64,000 bases of DNA from NCBI GenBank assembly GCA_043821645.1, contig JBDRCO010000087.1:1-64000 (forward strand), read 5' to 3'. Below, piece after piece: positions 10,641 through 20,470 of this stretch. Each line of letters starts with the position of its first letter. Position 1 is the stretch's first letter. This stretch comes from Pseudomonadota bacterium (GTDB lineage: Bacteria; Myxococcota; JACRCW01; JAFGSX01). The notes beneath the pieces are model-generated. The model saw only the letters and a list, made by a program, of their open reading frames with translations, made no database searches and was not told the DNA's origin. A program made the position numbers and the translations under genes.

Positions 10641-11822
10641 CTATCGAAACGCGTCGAGCCCCGTGATCTCGCGCCCCACGATGAGGGTGTGCATGTTGTG
10701 CGTGCCCTCGTAGGTGATCACGGACTCGAGGTTGAGCATGTGGCGCATCACCGGATACTCGTCGGCCACGCCGTTGGCGCCGAGCATGTCGCGGGCCAGG
10801 CGCGCGATCTGCAGGGCCCAGCTCACATTGTTGCGCTTGGCCATGCTCACGTGGTGCGGCTGGGCCTTGCCCGCGTCCTTGAGCCGGCCGAGGCGCAGGG
10901 TCAACAGCTGGGCCTTGGTGATCTCGGTGAGCATGGTCACCAGGGACTGCTGCACCAGCTGGAAGCCCGCGATGGGCTTGTCGAACTGCACCCGGTCCAG
11001 GGCGTAGGAGCGGGCGCACTCGTAGCAGTCGATGGCTGCGCCGGTGGCACCCCAGGCGATGCCGTAGCGCGCCTGGTTGAGGCAGGACAGGGGCGAGCCC
11101 AGGCCCCGCGACTCGGGCAAAAGATTGTCCGCCGGGATGCGACAATTCTCGAACACCAGCTCGCTGGTGGTCGAGGCGCGCAGGCTGAACTTGCCCTTGA
11201 TGTCATGGGTGGTGTAGCCCGGCGTGCCTTTCTCGACGAGAAAGCCGCGAATGCTTTCCTGGCCCTCACCGGTCTTGGCCCACACCACGGCCAGGTCGGC
11301 CACGCTGCCGTTGGTGATCCACATCTTGGCACCGTCGAGCACCCAGTGGTCGCCGTCCTTGCGGGCGCGGGTGCGCATGCCACCGGGGTCCGAGCCGAAG
11401 TCGGGCTCGGTCAGGCCAAAGCAGCCGATGACCTCGCCGCGGGCCATGCGCGGCAGCCAGTGTTGCTTCTGTTCCTCGCTGCCGTAGCGCCAGATGGGAA
11501 ACATCACCAGCGAGCCCTGCACGCTGGCAAAGGAGCGCAGACCCGAGTCGCCCCGCTCCAGCTCCTGCAGGATCAAGCCGTAGGCCACACTGTTCATGCC
11601 CGCGCAGCCGTAGCCCTCGAGGTTGGCGCCGAACACACCCAGCTCGGCCAGCTCGGGGATCACCTCGGAGGGGAAGGTGGCGTTGCGAAAGTGCTCGGTG
11701 ATGAGTGGCCTGAAGCGCGCGTCGACCCAGCGCTTGACCGAGTCTCGCGCCAGGCGCTCCTCTTCGGCGAGTTCGTCGTTCAGGTTGTAAAAGTCCCATC
11801 CTTCGAAGGTCATCTTTGCCAC
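10641..11822 (-). CDS. gcdH: Glutaryl-CoA dehydrogenase (decarboxylating type)
   Basis: ELERGDSGLRS, GCFGLTEPDFGSDP, LRASTT, CLNQARYGI, VITYEGT. Confidence 0.9.
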   Translation of the reverse strand: MAKMTFEGWDFYNLNDELAEEERLARDSVKRWVDARFRPLITEHFRNATFPSEVIPELAELGVFGANLEGYGCAGMNSVAYGLILQELERGDSGLRSFASVQGSLVMFPIWRYGSEEQKQHWLPRMARGEVIGCFGLTEPDFGSDPGGMRTRARKDGDHWVLDGAKMWITNGSVADLAVVWAKTGEGQESIRGFLVEKGTPGYTTHDIKGKFSLRASTTSELVFENCRIPADNLLPESRGLGSPLSCLNQARYGIAWGATGAAIDCYECARSYALDRVQFDKPIAGFQLVQQSLVTMLTEITKAQLLTLRLGRLKDAGKAQPHHVSMAKRNNVSWALQIARLARDMLGANGVADEYPVMRHMLNLESVITYEGTHNMHTLIVGREITGLDAFR

Positions 11823-11844
11823 CTCGCGGCGTGAAGGCCGCTGC

Positions 11845-13128
<1,284 letters not shown>

Positions 13129-13156
13129 CGGGGTTCTCCTTTACTGCGCCGCAGGC

Positions 13157-15121
13157 TCATTCATGAAGGAAGCAGGCTGGCACCCGGGGACCGTTCTGCA
13201 TGAAGTTCTTCATGCCGATGTCCATGTCGACCGTGGCCTTGCAGCGGCCAAAGCCCTCGGCCTCTATCTTCAGGCCCTCAGCGAGAGGCTTCTGCAGCCC
13301 CCGCTTGAGCACGTCGACGAGGATCTCATCAATCTTGAGAGAGTGGTGACCGAGGTCGAGCGCCGGCCAGGTGGTCGGCAAGCTGACCGGGTCCGACGAC
13401 ACGGGTCCGATCTTGGCATCGCCCTTGAGCGCGCTGCGGACCAGGACCTTGGCTGCGGAGACAACGTCGTCGGCGGGCTCGCCCTGGGCCCAGCCCCAGG
13501 CACAGGCTTCCCTGGCGCTCACCGGCGCGCCGCTGCGCAGCATCTGGATCGCGCGCTCGGCACCGACCAGGCGTGGCAGGCGCTGGGTGCCGCCATAGCC
13601 CGGGATGATGCCCAGGTTGACCTCGGGCTGGCCGAGCAGGAGCTGCTTGCCCACGACGCGGGCGTGGCAGGCCATGGACAGCTCGGCGCCGCCACCCAGC
13701 ACAGGTCCGTCGACCGCAGCCACCACCGGCTTGTGGAGCCCGGCGATGATGTCGAGCACCTGGTACCCACGCAGGCAGTTCTGCTCGCAGGCTTTGGAAT
13801 CCTTGAGCACGGCGAGCTCGGTGATGTCCGCGCCGGCGAGCGCGCCGTCGAAGCTGCTCAGCACGATGCCCTTGACGCTGGTGTCAGCGCCCAGGTCCTT
13901 CATCACCTGACCGATCTCCGCCATGGTCTGGTCGCTCAGGGCATTCTTGACCTCGGGTCGGCGCACCCGCACCACCGCCACGTCGGCGTCCCGCTCGACG
14001 GTGAGGTTGCGGAAGAAGCGCGCCTGCTTGCCCTCGATAATGCTCACGGGGACCTCGAAGCCCTTGTGGCCACTGGCATACCGGGTGCAAAGATCGCGCA
14101 CGGTGTCGGCGCCGAGCTCCTCGGCCACGTCGAGCAGCCCCTTGCGATAACCCAGGGCATGGCGAGTCAGCCAGTTGAGGTCCGAGGGATCGCACACCTT
14201 GTGGTCGACCACGAACGAAGTTCGACCCATGAGCACGGCCAGGATGCGATCTCGGATCTGGGTGGCGACCGCGGGCGCGCAGTCCGCGCGTTCGGGCTTG
14301 CCGCTCTTGTGCCAGGGGGTGTTGCCCTGGGTGGTGAAGCTGGGGGGCGGCGTGAACCAGTCGCTGCCGGTGGGCGCCGCCTTCATCAGCTCCATGCAGT
14401 GCACGTTGAGCAGGTTGCCCCTGGTGAGGTCCATGACCCAGAAGGGTCCGCCGCCGCCTATGGCCTCGTCGACCACCTTGTCGACCTGGGCCGGCGTGGC
14501 CAGACCCTCGGCCACGATGCGCGCGGCCTCGGCGCAGTAGTTCACGAAGATATCGTCAGCCGCAAAGCAGGCCACGTCGGCGGTGACGATGGGCACCTTG
14601 CCCAGCTGCTTGAGGGTAACCATCATGCGTGCGCCCAGGGCGTCGTCGTCGGACAGCACCACCTCGATGGGCAGGGCACGCCAGGCCGGGAAGAAGGGAT
14701 GGTTGACGAAGCAGCGCGCGGGATGCTTCGCCTTCTGCGCGATCTGGGCCCGCGGGATGCCCGAGGTGGCGAAGCCGATCAGGCACTCCGGGCTCACCAC
14801 GTCTTCGAGCTGGCCCAAGATGAGCTGCTTGATCTTGAGATCCTCGCTGGCGGCTTCGAGGACGTAGTCACAGCCAGCCAGGTCCTTGAGCTGCAGCGAG
14901 GTCGAAAAACCCGCGCGCAGCTTGTCCACGGCCTTGGCGCTCAGCTTTCCACGCTTGAGAGCCTTGCCGATGTACCCCTCGATGCGCGCGCGACCGGCGT
15001 CCAGCGCCTCCGCCTTGATGTCGTGCAGGACCACGCTGCCACCCTGCGGCGCCACCGCCGACAGGAAGCCGTAGGCCAGGTCTGGACCGATGGACCCGGA
15101 ACCGATCACGCCGACTTTCAT
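13157..15121 (-). CDS. 3-hydroxyacyl-CoA dehydrogenase / enoyl-CoA hydratase bifunctional protein
   Basis: N-terminal GSGSIG Rossmann motif and EAASEDLKIK; C-terminal crotonase LGGGAEL, GQPEVNLGIIPGYGGTQRL; ATG after GGAGG. Confidence 0.88.
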   Translation of the reverse strand: MKVGVIGSGSIGPDLAYGFLSAVAPQGGSVVLHDIKAEALDAGRARIEGYIGKALKRGKLSAKAVDKLRAGFSTSLQLKDLAGCDYVLEAASEDLKIKQLILGQLEDVVSPECLIGFATSGIPRAQIAQKAKHPARCFVNHPFFPAWRALPIEVVLSDDDALGARMMVTLKQLGKVPIVTADVACFAADDIFVNYCAEAARIVAEGLATPAQVDKVVDEAIGGGGPFWVMDLTRGNLLNVHCMELMKAAPTGSDWFTPPPSFTTQGNTPWHKSGKPERADCAPAVATQIRDRILAVLMGRTSFVVDHKVCDPSDLNWLTRHALGYRKGLLDVAEELGADTVRDLCTRYASGHKGFEVPVSIIEGKQARFFRNLTVERDADVAVVRVRRPEVKNALSDQTMAEIGQVMKDLGADTSVKGIVLSSFDGALAGADITELAVLKDSKACEQNCLRGYQVLDIIAGLHKPVVAAVDGPVLGGGAELSMACHARVVGKQLLLGQPEVNLGIIPGYGGTQRLPRLVGAERAIQMLRSGAPVSAREACAWGWAQGEPADDVVSAAKVLVRSALKGDAKIGPVSSDPVSLPTTWPALDLGHHSLKIDEILVDVLKRGLQKPLAEGLKIEAEGFGRCKATVDMDIGMKNFMQNGPRVPACFLHE

Positions 15122-15281
15122 AGCTGCCTCCTTGAGTGCCTCGAGAAATGTTCTCGTTGATCCACTTGTCTTCGTCGAGCTGTGTCTGGCTGCGCCGGTG
15201 CTCGGTGGCACCCGTCTTCGGTGGCCCGGCCGACGAACGCTGAGTGTTTGAGCCACTCCCCGCCTGTGGTGATCCGATCAC

Positions 15282-15332
15282 ATCGCACCAAACGAACGTT
15301 CGGTAGGGTAACGGTCCACCCTCGGCAGTCAA
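15282..15332 (-). promoter_or_regulatory. Sigma70-type promoter plus operator, copy 1
   Basis: Minus strand TTGACT-16nt-TACCCT directly followed by ACCGAACGTTCGTT; 24/26 identical to 24256-24281. Confidence 0.75.
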
Positions 15333-15468
15333 GTCAAAACCCCGCCGCTGCTCGTCGCCACGCGGGATCCGGACCCTCTCTCCCTCTAGCCCTTCTCGGG
15401 CCAGTCCACGGCGGGTCGTGCACCTGCAGCAGAGCCCCCGAAGCAGTGTCCGCCGGAACCGTGGCGAC

Positions 15469-16539
15469 TCAGGGCACCAGCACCGCGCGTTCGACCAGCG
15501 AGCCGTGATGCGCGGCGTCGAACACCGCATTGGCCTCGTCGAGGGGGTAGCGCTTGACCAGAGGCGCCACGCGTAGCCGGCCCGCGGCCACCCAGTCCAG
15601 GATCTCGGGGTACAGCACGGGGTCGCAGCCCCAGTTGCCACGCAGGGTGGCGTCGAATGCCATCAGGTTGCTCAGGCGGACCTCGAGCTTGTCCATGGTG
15701 AAGCCGATGATGGCTAGGTAACCGCCGTGATTGAGCAAGGAGAACGCACTCTGCTGGCCGGGCTTGGTGCCCGAGGTCTCGAAGATCTTCCAGCACTGCA
15801 CGGGCGCACCCAGCTGCTTGGCCTCGTTCTTGACCGCTCCCTTGAGTGCCTTCTCGTCGAGCCCGCGCACGTTGAGGGTGGCGCTGGCGCCGAACTGCCG
15901 GGCCAGTTCGAGTTTGCCGTCGTCGATATCGAGGGCGATCACGGTGGCGCCGGTGGCCGCCGCCACCTGCACCGCGTGCACGCCTATGCCGCCGCTGCCG
16001 ATGACGATGGCGAGATCCTTCTTGCCGAGCTCCGCGCGCCGCACGGCCATGAAAGGAGTGCTCACGGCGTCGGCCACGACGGAGAGCTGCCACAGTTCGT
16101 GGCTTTCGAGCGCCTTCGCCGGCACCGGGCACAGGTAGCGCGCAGGCACCACCGCGTGGCTGGCAAAACCGCCGTGCCTGTCGTTGCCGGGCATGATCTG
16201 CGAGGTGCAGATGGGGCGGTGATCCGAGGTGCACAGCGCGCATGTGCCGCAGGGCAACACCGCCGGGACCACCACGGGCTTGTCGACGAGGCTGGCGTCG
16301 GTATCCGGTCCCACGGCGCGCACATACCCGCTGATCTCGTGCCCCAGCACCAGGGGCAGGGGCGCGCGGGTCTTCACCCCCATGTGCAAGAAGGAGATGT
16401 CGGTGTGGCAGACCCCGCAGCCCGCGACCTCGACCAGGGCCTCTCCCGCAGCCAGGGTCGGCGTCTCGTAGTCGCGCTTCTGAAGTGGCTTGCCCACGTC
16501 GGTCATCATCCAGCCGCTGATGGTCTTGACCTCTGCCAT
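15469..16539 (-). CDS. had: 6-hydroxycyclohex-1-ene-1-carbonyl-CoA dehydrogenase
   Basis: Zn-ADH motifs GCGVCHTD, GHE, CxxCxxC; MPGND.HGGFASH; RLSNLMAFDA...GNWGC. Confidence 0.92.
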   Translation of the reverse strand: MAEVKTISGWMMTDVGKPLQKRDYETPTLAAGEALVEVAGCGVCHTDISFLHMGVKTRAPLPLVLGHEISGYVRAVGPDTDASLVDKPVVVPAVLPCGTCALCTSDHRPICTSQIMPGNDRHGGFASHAVVPARYLCPVPAKALESHELWQLSVVADAVSTPFMAVRRAELGKKDLAIVIGSGGIGVHAVQVAAATGATVIALDIDDGKLELARQFGASATLNVRGLDEKALKGAVKNEAKQLGAPVQCWKIFETSGTKPGQQSAFSLLNHGGYLAIIGFTMDKLEVRLSNLMAFDATLRGNWGCDPVLYPEILDWVAAGRLRVAPLVKRYPLDEANAVFDAAHHGSLVERAVLVP

Positions 16540-16607
16540 CTTCTTCTCCTTCGACAGTGGGCCGCGACCGGCCCCGGGTGAGGCGTTTGAAATAGAGCCA
16601 CGCGTCG

Positions 16608-17402
16608 TCACGCGGCGGATTGCACCAGATCCAGACCGATCAAGGCCGCGCCCAGAGCGCCGCTCATGATGGGCTCGGGCAGCACGGCCACGTCATAACC
16701 GCAGCGCTGGGCCAGAGCGCCCATGACGCCGGTGAAGTACTCGCACACGCCGCCCGTGGCGACGATGGGTGGCTCCAGTGCTCCGATTTCCATGATGCGC
16801 TCGGCCACGGAGTGCATGCAGCCCAGGGCGATCTCGTCGACGGTGGCGCCGTTGCGGAGCTGTTCGATGACGTCGACCTCCCCGAAGACCGAGCAGTAGC
16901 TGCCAATGGTCACGGGTTTACTGGCCGAGGTGGCGAGGTCCATGAGTCGGGTCGGGTGCACGTCGAGGTGGCGCGCTGCGAACATCAGAAAGGTACCGAT
17001 GCCCACCGCGCATTTTCGCACGGAACGGCTGGACAGAACCCGGCCCTGCTCGTCGATGCGAATGACCTGAGGATCGCGGCCACCGATGTCGATCAGGGTC
17101 AGCGGTCCCGCGCGATGCCGCATGGCGGACCGGGCATGGCACCGCACCTCGCTCAGGGCCTCCGAGGCCATGGGTGCGCAGGTGGCGCCAAAACCCGTGA
17201 CGCAGCTGGCGCGCAGATCGCTCACGCCGATCTTGGCCTCGCGCAGGGCATTGCCCATGGCTTCCTGGATGCAGTCCTGGAAGTAGCCGCGGGTGGGGAC
17301 CACGGCCTGGCCGACGGGCGTGCCGGCGCTGCTCAGCACAAGCACCTTGATGCACTCGGTGCCAGCGTCGGTGCCGGCGACAAAAACCTCCGTGCTGCTC
17401 AT
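16608..17402 (-). CDS. BadF/BadG/BcrA/BcrD (HgdC-like) activator ATPase
   Basis: GTDAGT, TGFG, SEVRCHA, IDIGG, KCAVGIG, YCSVF, TGGV, GALGAAL; ATGA overlap with the upstream gene. Confidence 0.85.
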   Translation of the reverse strand: MSSTEVFVAGTDAGTECIKVLVLSSAGTPVGQAVVPTRGYFQDCIQEAMGNALREAKIGVSDLRASCVTGFGATCAPMASEALSEVRCHARSAMRHRAGPLTLIDIGGRDPQVIRIDEQGRVLSSRSVRKCAVGIGTFLMFAARHLDVHPTRLMDLATSASKPVTIGSYCSVFGEVDVIEQLRNGATVDEIALGCMHSVAERIMEIGALEPPIVATGGVCEYFTGVMGALAQRCGYDVAVLPEPIMSGALGAALIGLDLVQSAA

Positions 17403-19684
17403 GAGGCCAGCTCCTTGCCCCGCGCACGCCCGTTGCCATCGCGGCCCGAGTTCTCGATGAATTCGCCGAGCTGTCGCTGGATCTGATCCATGGACACCAG
17501 GCGCAGGTCGTGGGTGTCGGCCTCGATGACCAGCGACGGGGTGCCGGTCTCGCGCTCCATGCGATGGTGCAGGCCATAGCGGACATTGCTGTGCTCGGGG
17601 CTGGTGCGGGCGTCGTGATAGATCACGCCGTCGACGCCATAGCGCCGGAACTCGTCGGTGAGGAACTGCACCTTGTGCTCGCGCGAGCGGTTCGGAAAAA
17701 TCGACATGTAGGTGCGGGCCATGCTCTCGATGGGATTGTCGGGGTCGAAGCCGGTGAGCGCGAACACACTGGCGTAGGTCGACCCGACCACGGCAACCTG
17801 TTGATCCAAGAACAGCCGTGCCAGGGGACGCAGCGCACACCAGATCGGAGGACCTTCCCAGTAGAAGCGAAAGCGCTCTCCGGGCACCGCGGGCACCTCG
17901 CTGGCAATGCGCTGCTCCAGCTCGGCCAGCAGGATCTCGTAGTACTGCACGGCCTGGGGTGTGCCTCGCATCAAGATCATGGGTGCCAGGTGCACCACGG
18001 CGTCGAAGGCGGTGAGGGGGCTCGGCACGTGCTCGGCGAGCTTGAGCACCTTCTTCCACAGACGCCCGGCCTGGGCGGAGAGCTCCAGGGTCTGGGCCAG
18101 CTTGTCCATGTCCATCTTGCGACCGGCCTGCCGCTCCAGACGCTTGATCAAGCGCAGCATCTGCTGCACGGCGGCGTCGACGTCGATCTGCTCGATGTCG
18201 TCGAGAAAGGCCGGCGGGTGCAGTCCAAAGACGGGTGTCCAGAAACGATGGTTGTAGTACTCGAACCAGCGCGCCACGAACTGCCCAAAATTGGTCGAGT
18301 ACACCAGCACCTGGGGTCGCGGCACGGCCCGAATTTCGTGCAGGCTGATCAGGGGCGTCTCACCGGCCAGCATGGCGCCGATGTCACTGGTCATCTCCGT
18401 CGACACGAAAGGCGAGAATCCGTCGGCAATGGCACGGCTGATGTACTGCGTGGCCAGGCGGCTGGCGCCGATGAGGGCGGCGTGGTTCTCGGGGAAGTAT
18501 GGGGTGTAGCCCAGGGCGCGCAGCGCCTCGACCGGCGCGAAGCCGGAGCACCAGGCCACGTGGCCGTCCGGGCTGTCGGCGACACGGCCGAGTTCCTGGT
18601 AGGCGCCACGCACCAGTTCCTTGAGCTTGGGTGCACACTCCAGCGGGACGCGGCCGCTGGGCATGCCCCCCAGCCGCCCACGAACGGTCGGATGCGCAGG
18701 CATCATGGGGGGGGCCAGCCTCACCTCTGCCAGGGTGCGCTGGGCGCGTTCCTTGTGGCGCAAGCCCATGCGCTCTCGCGAGTGCATCAGGCGCACGATG
18801 GCCCAGTTGAGCGGGGCCTGGAGCCCCAGGCGGAGCGCCTCGTCGACGATGCCGCCGTTCATGGCGTCGATCTCTGTGCGATAGCCGCGGACCAGGTCCT
18901 GCCACATCGAGGGACGGTTCTTGGCCAGGGCTTGCTGCGATCCGATGACCGGCCGGTACGGATCCTCCTCGTCCTGGATGGGGACGCCGCGGGCACGCAT
19001 CACCGCGACGATCTCCATGCAAACCTCGCGCATGAGCTGCTGGATGTCGTCATCCTCAAGGAGTTCACTGCAGGTCATCCCGGTGAGGGCCGAGATGGGG
19101 TTGACCACGGCATTGTGCAGTAGCTTTTGCCACACCGCGTGATCCACGTTGTCGACGACCTTGGTGTCGAGTCCGGCCTTGCGGAACAGTTCGCCGATGG
19201 CTTCGATCTCCGGTGTAACCTGGCCCTGCACCGGGGCGATCTGCACCGGCTTGATACCTGCGCGGTAGCGGATGCGGTTCGGGCCTGTGTGCTGGATGCT
19301 GTGAATGGTGCTGCCGCTGAGGATGCGCTCGCGCGACACGTGGCGCGCGATCTGCTCGATGTTGCCCACGCCGTTCTGCGTCGACAGCACCCAGGTCTCC
19401 GGGCCCAGCACCGGCAGTACCGTCTGGACCGCGGCCTCGGTCTGGTAGGTCTTGACCGCGACGAACACCAGGTCAAAGGGACGCAGACCGTCGACTGACG
19501 TCACCACCTCGACGGGGACTTGAACCTCACCCTGCTGGCCCTGCGAGATGAACAGGCCAGACTCGTTGAGCAACTTGGCGCGAGCCAGGTTGATCTCGAG
19601 CAGCGTCACATGCTCGCCGTGCAGGGCCAGACGCGCACCGAACAGCCCACCCAGTGCTCCCGCACCCACGATCAAGATTCGCAT
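17399..19684 (-). CDS. Ketopantoate reductase (PanE/ApbA) read in frame with a 2-hydroxyacyl-CoA dehydratase / BcrB-like domain
   Basis: N-terminal GAGALG, VKTYQ, QNG, WQKLLHNAVVNP, SMWQD...TEID; C-terminal YFPENH, PSPLT.FD, ERFRFYWEG, VDGVIYH, PSLVIEAD..D.R. Confidence 0.85.
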   Translation of the reverse strand: MRILIVGAGALGGLFGARLALHGEHVTLLEINLARAKLLNESGLFISQGQQGEVQVPVEVVTSVDGLRPFDLVFVAVKTYQTEAAVQTVLPVLGPETWVLSTQNGVGNIEQIARHVSRERILSGSTIHSIQHTGPNRIRYRAGIKPVQIAPVQGQVTPEIEAIGELFRKAGLDTKVVDNVDHAVWQKLLHNAVVNPISALTGMTCSELLEDDDIQQLMREVCMEIVAVMRARGVPIQDEEDPYRPVIGSQQALAKNRPSMWQDLVRGYRTEIDAMNGGIVDEALRLGLQAPLNWAIVRLMHSRERMGLRHKERAQRTLAEVRLAPPMMPAHPTVRGRLGGMPSGRVPLECAPKLKELVRGAYQELGRVADSPDGHVAWCSGFAPVEALRALGYTPYFPENHAALIGASRLATQYISRAIADGFSPFVSTEMTSDIGAMLAGETPLISLHEIRAVPRPQVLVYSTNFGQFVARWFEYYNHRFWTPVFGLHPPAFLDDIEQIDVDAAVQQMLRLIKRLERQAGRKMDMDKLAQTLELSAQAGRLWKKVLKLAEHVPSPLTAFDAVVHLAPMILMRGTPQAVQYYEILLAELEQRIASEVPAVPGERFRFYWEGPPIWCALRPLARLFLDQQVAVVGSTYASVFALTGFDPDNPIESMARTYMSIFPNRSREHKVQFLTDEFRRYGVDGVIYHDARTSPEHSNVRYGLHHRMERETGTPSLVIEADTHDLRLVSMDQIQRQLGEFIENSGRDGNGRARGKELAS

Positions 19685-19807
19685 GGCAACCCCCACCAGT
19701 TCTCAGGGCGCTCCCGGCGCACCCTTCGAGCGCTCAAAGTCTCCCCCCTCCCGCAGACCTTCACATCACCCCGCCACCATCGCGGCTTCTCTGATAGCAC
19801 GAAGGCC

Positions 19808-20470
19808 TCAGCGCAGGCTCGAACGACCTGGCCTTACCTGGCCAGGCGTGCCCGTGAGGCCGTCCAGGAACAGCTGGCACAGTTCGTCGCCGAGCTTCTC
19901 CACCGGTGCATCCCGGGCCGGGTCGAACCACATGAAGGTCCAGTTGAGCGCCCCGAAGACAAAAAGCACCTGGTGCCTCACCAAAGCGGCTCGTGCCGGG
20001 AGTCCGTGCGCCTTGAGCAGCGAGGTCACCGCGTCGACCATGAGCTTGAAGTAGCGGCGCCGCAGCGCCTCGATGTGCTCGTAGGCATCGCCGCGCAGGG
20101 AATGCAGCTCGAAGGTGCAGACCTTGAGCTCCGCATCGTGGCGCGCGTAGAAACCCAGATGGTTGTGAATCAAGGCGCGCACTCTTTGCTGCTCGTCGCT
20201 GTGGCGGTGCTGCACCTCGACCTGCTCGGCCAGGAGTGACGAGAACACGCGTTGCTGGAGCTGAAACAGCAGGTCTTCCTTGCTCGCGAAGTAGTGGTAC
20301 AAGCCGGCCAGGCTGTACCCCGTCGCCCGCGACACGTCGCGCATGGTGGCCTGGTGATAGCCCTTGTCTGCCATCAAGCGAGCGGCCTTGCCGATGAGCA
20401 CGGCCCGCTTGTCGTCGTTCCCTTCGGTGGCGCTGTGGCCATTCCCCGTGGCGGTGCTCGCGGTGTTCAA
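19808..20470 (-). CDS. TetR/AcrR family regulator (KstR2/PaaR-like C-terminus)
   Basis: GYHQATMRDVSRATGYSLAGLYHYFASKEDLL; FGALNWTFMWFDP. Confidence 0.92.
   Translation of the reverse strand: MNTASTATGNGHSATEGNDDKRAVLIGKAARLMADKGYHQATMRDVSRATGYSLAGLYHYFASKEDLLFQLQQRVFSSLLAEQVEVQHRHSDEQQRVRALIHNHLGFYARHDAELKVCTFELHSLRGDAYEHIEALRRRYFKLMVDAVTSLLKAHGLPARAALVRHQVLFVFGALNWTFMWFDPARDAPVEKLGDELCQLFLDGLTGTPGQVRPGRSSLR

Noticed and set aside
16608-19684. Calling these genes a functional benzoyl-CoA reductase (bcrB/bcrD)
   Set aside because: Second dehydratase-type subunit is absent and the cluster cysteines appear lost, so no gene symbols were assigned
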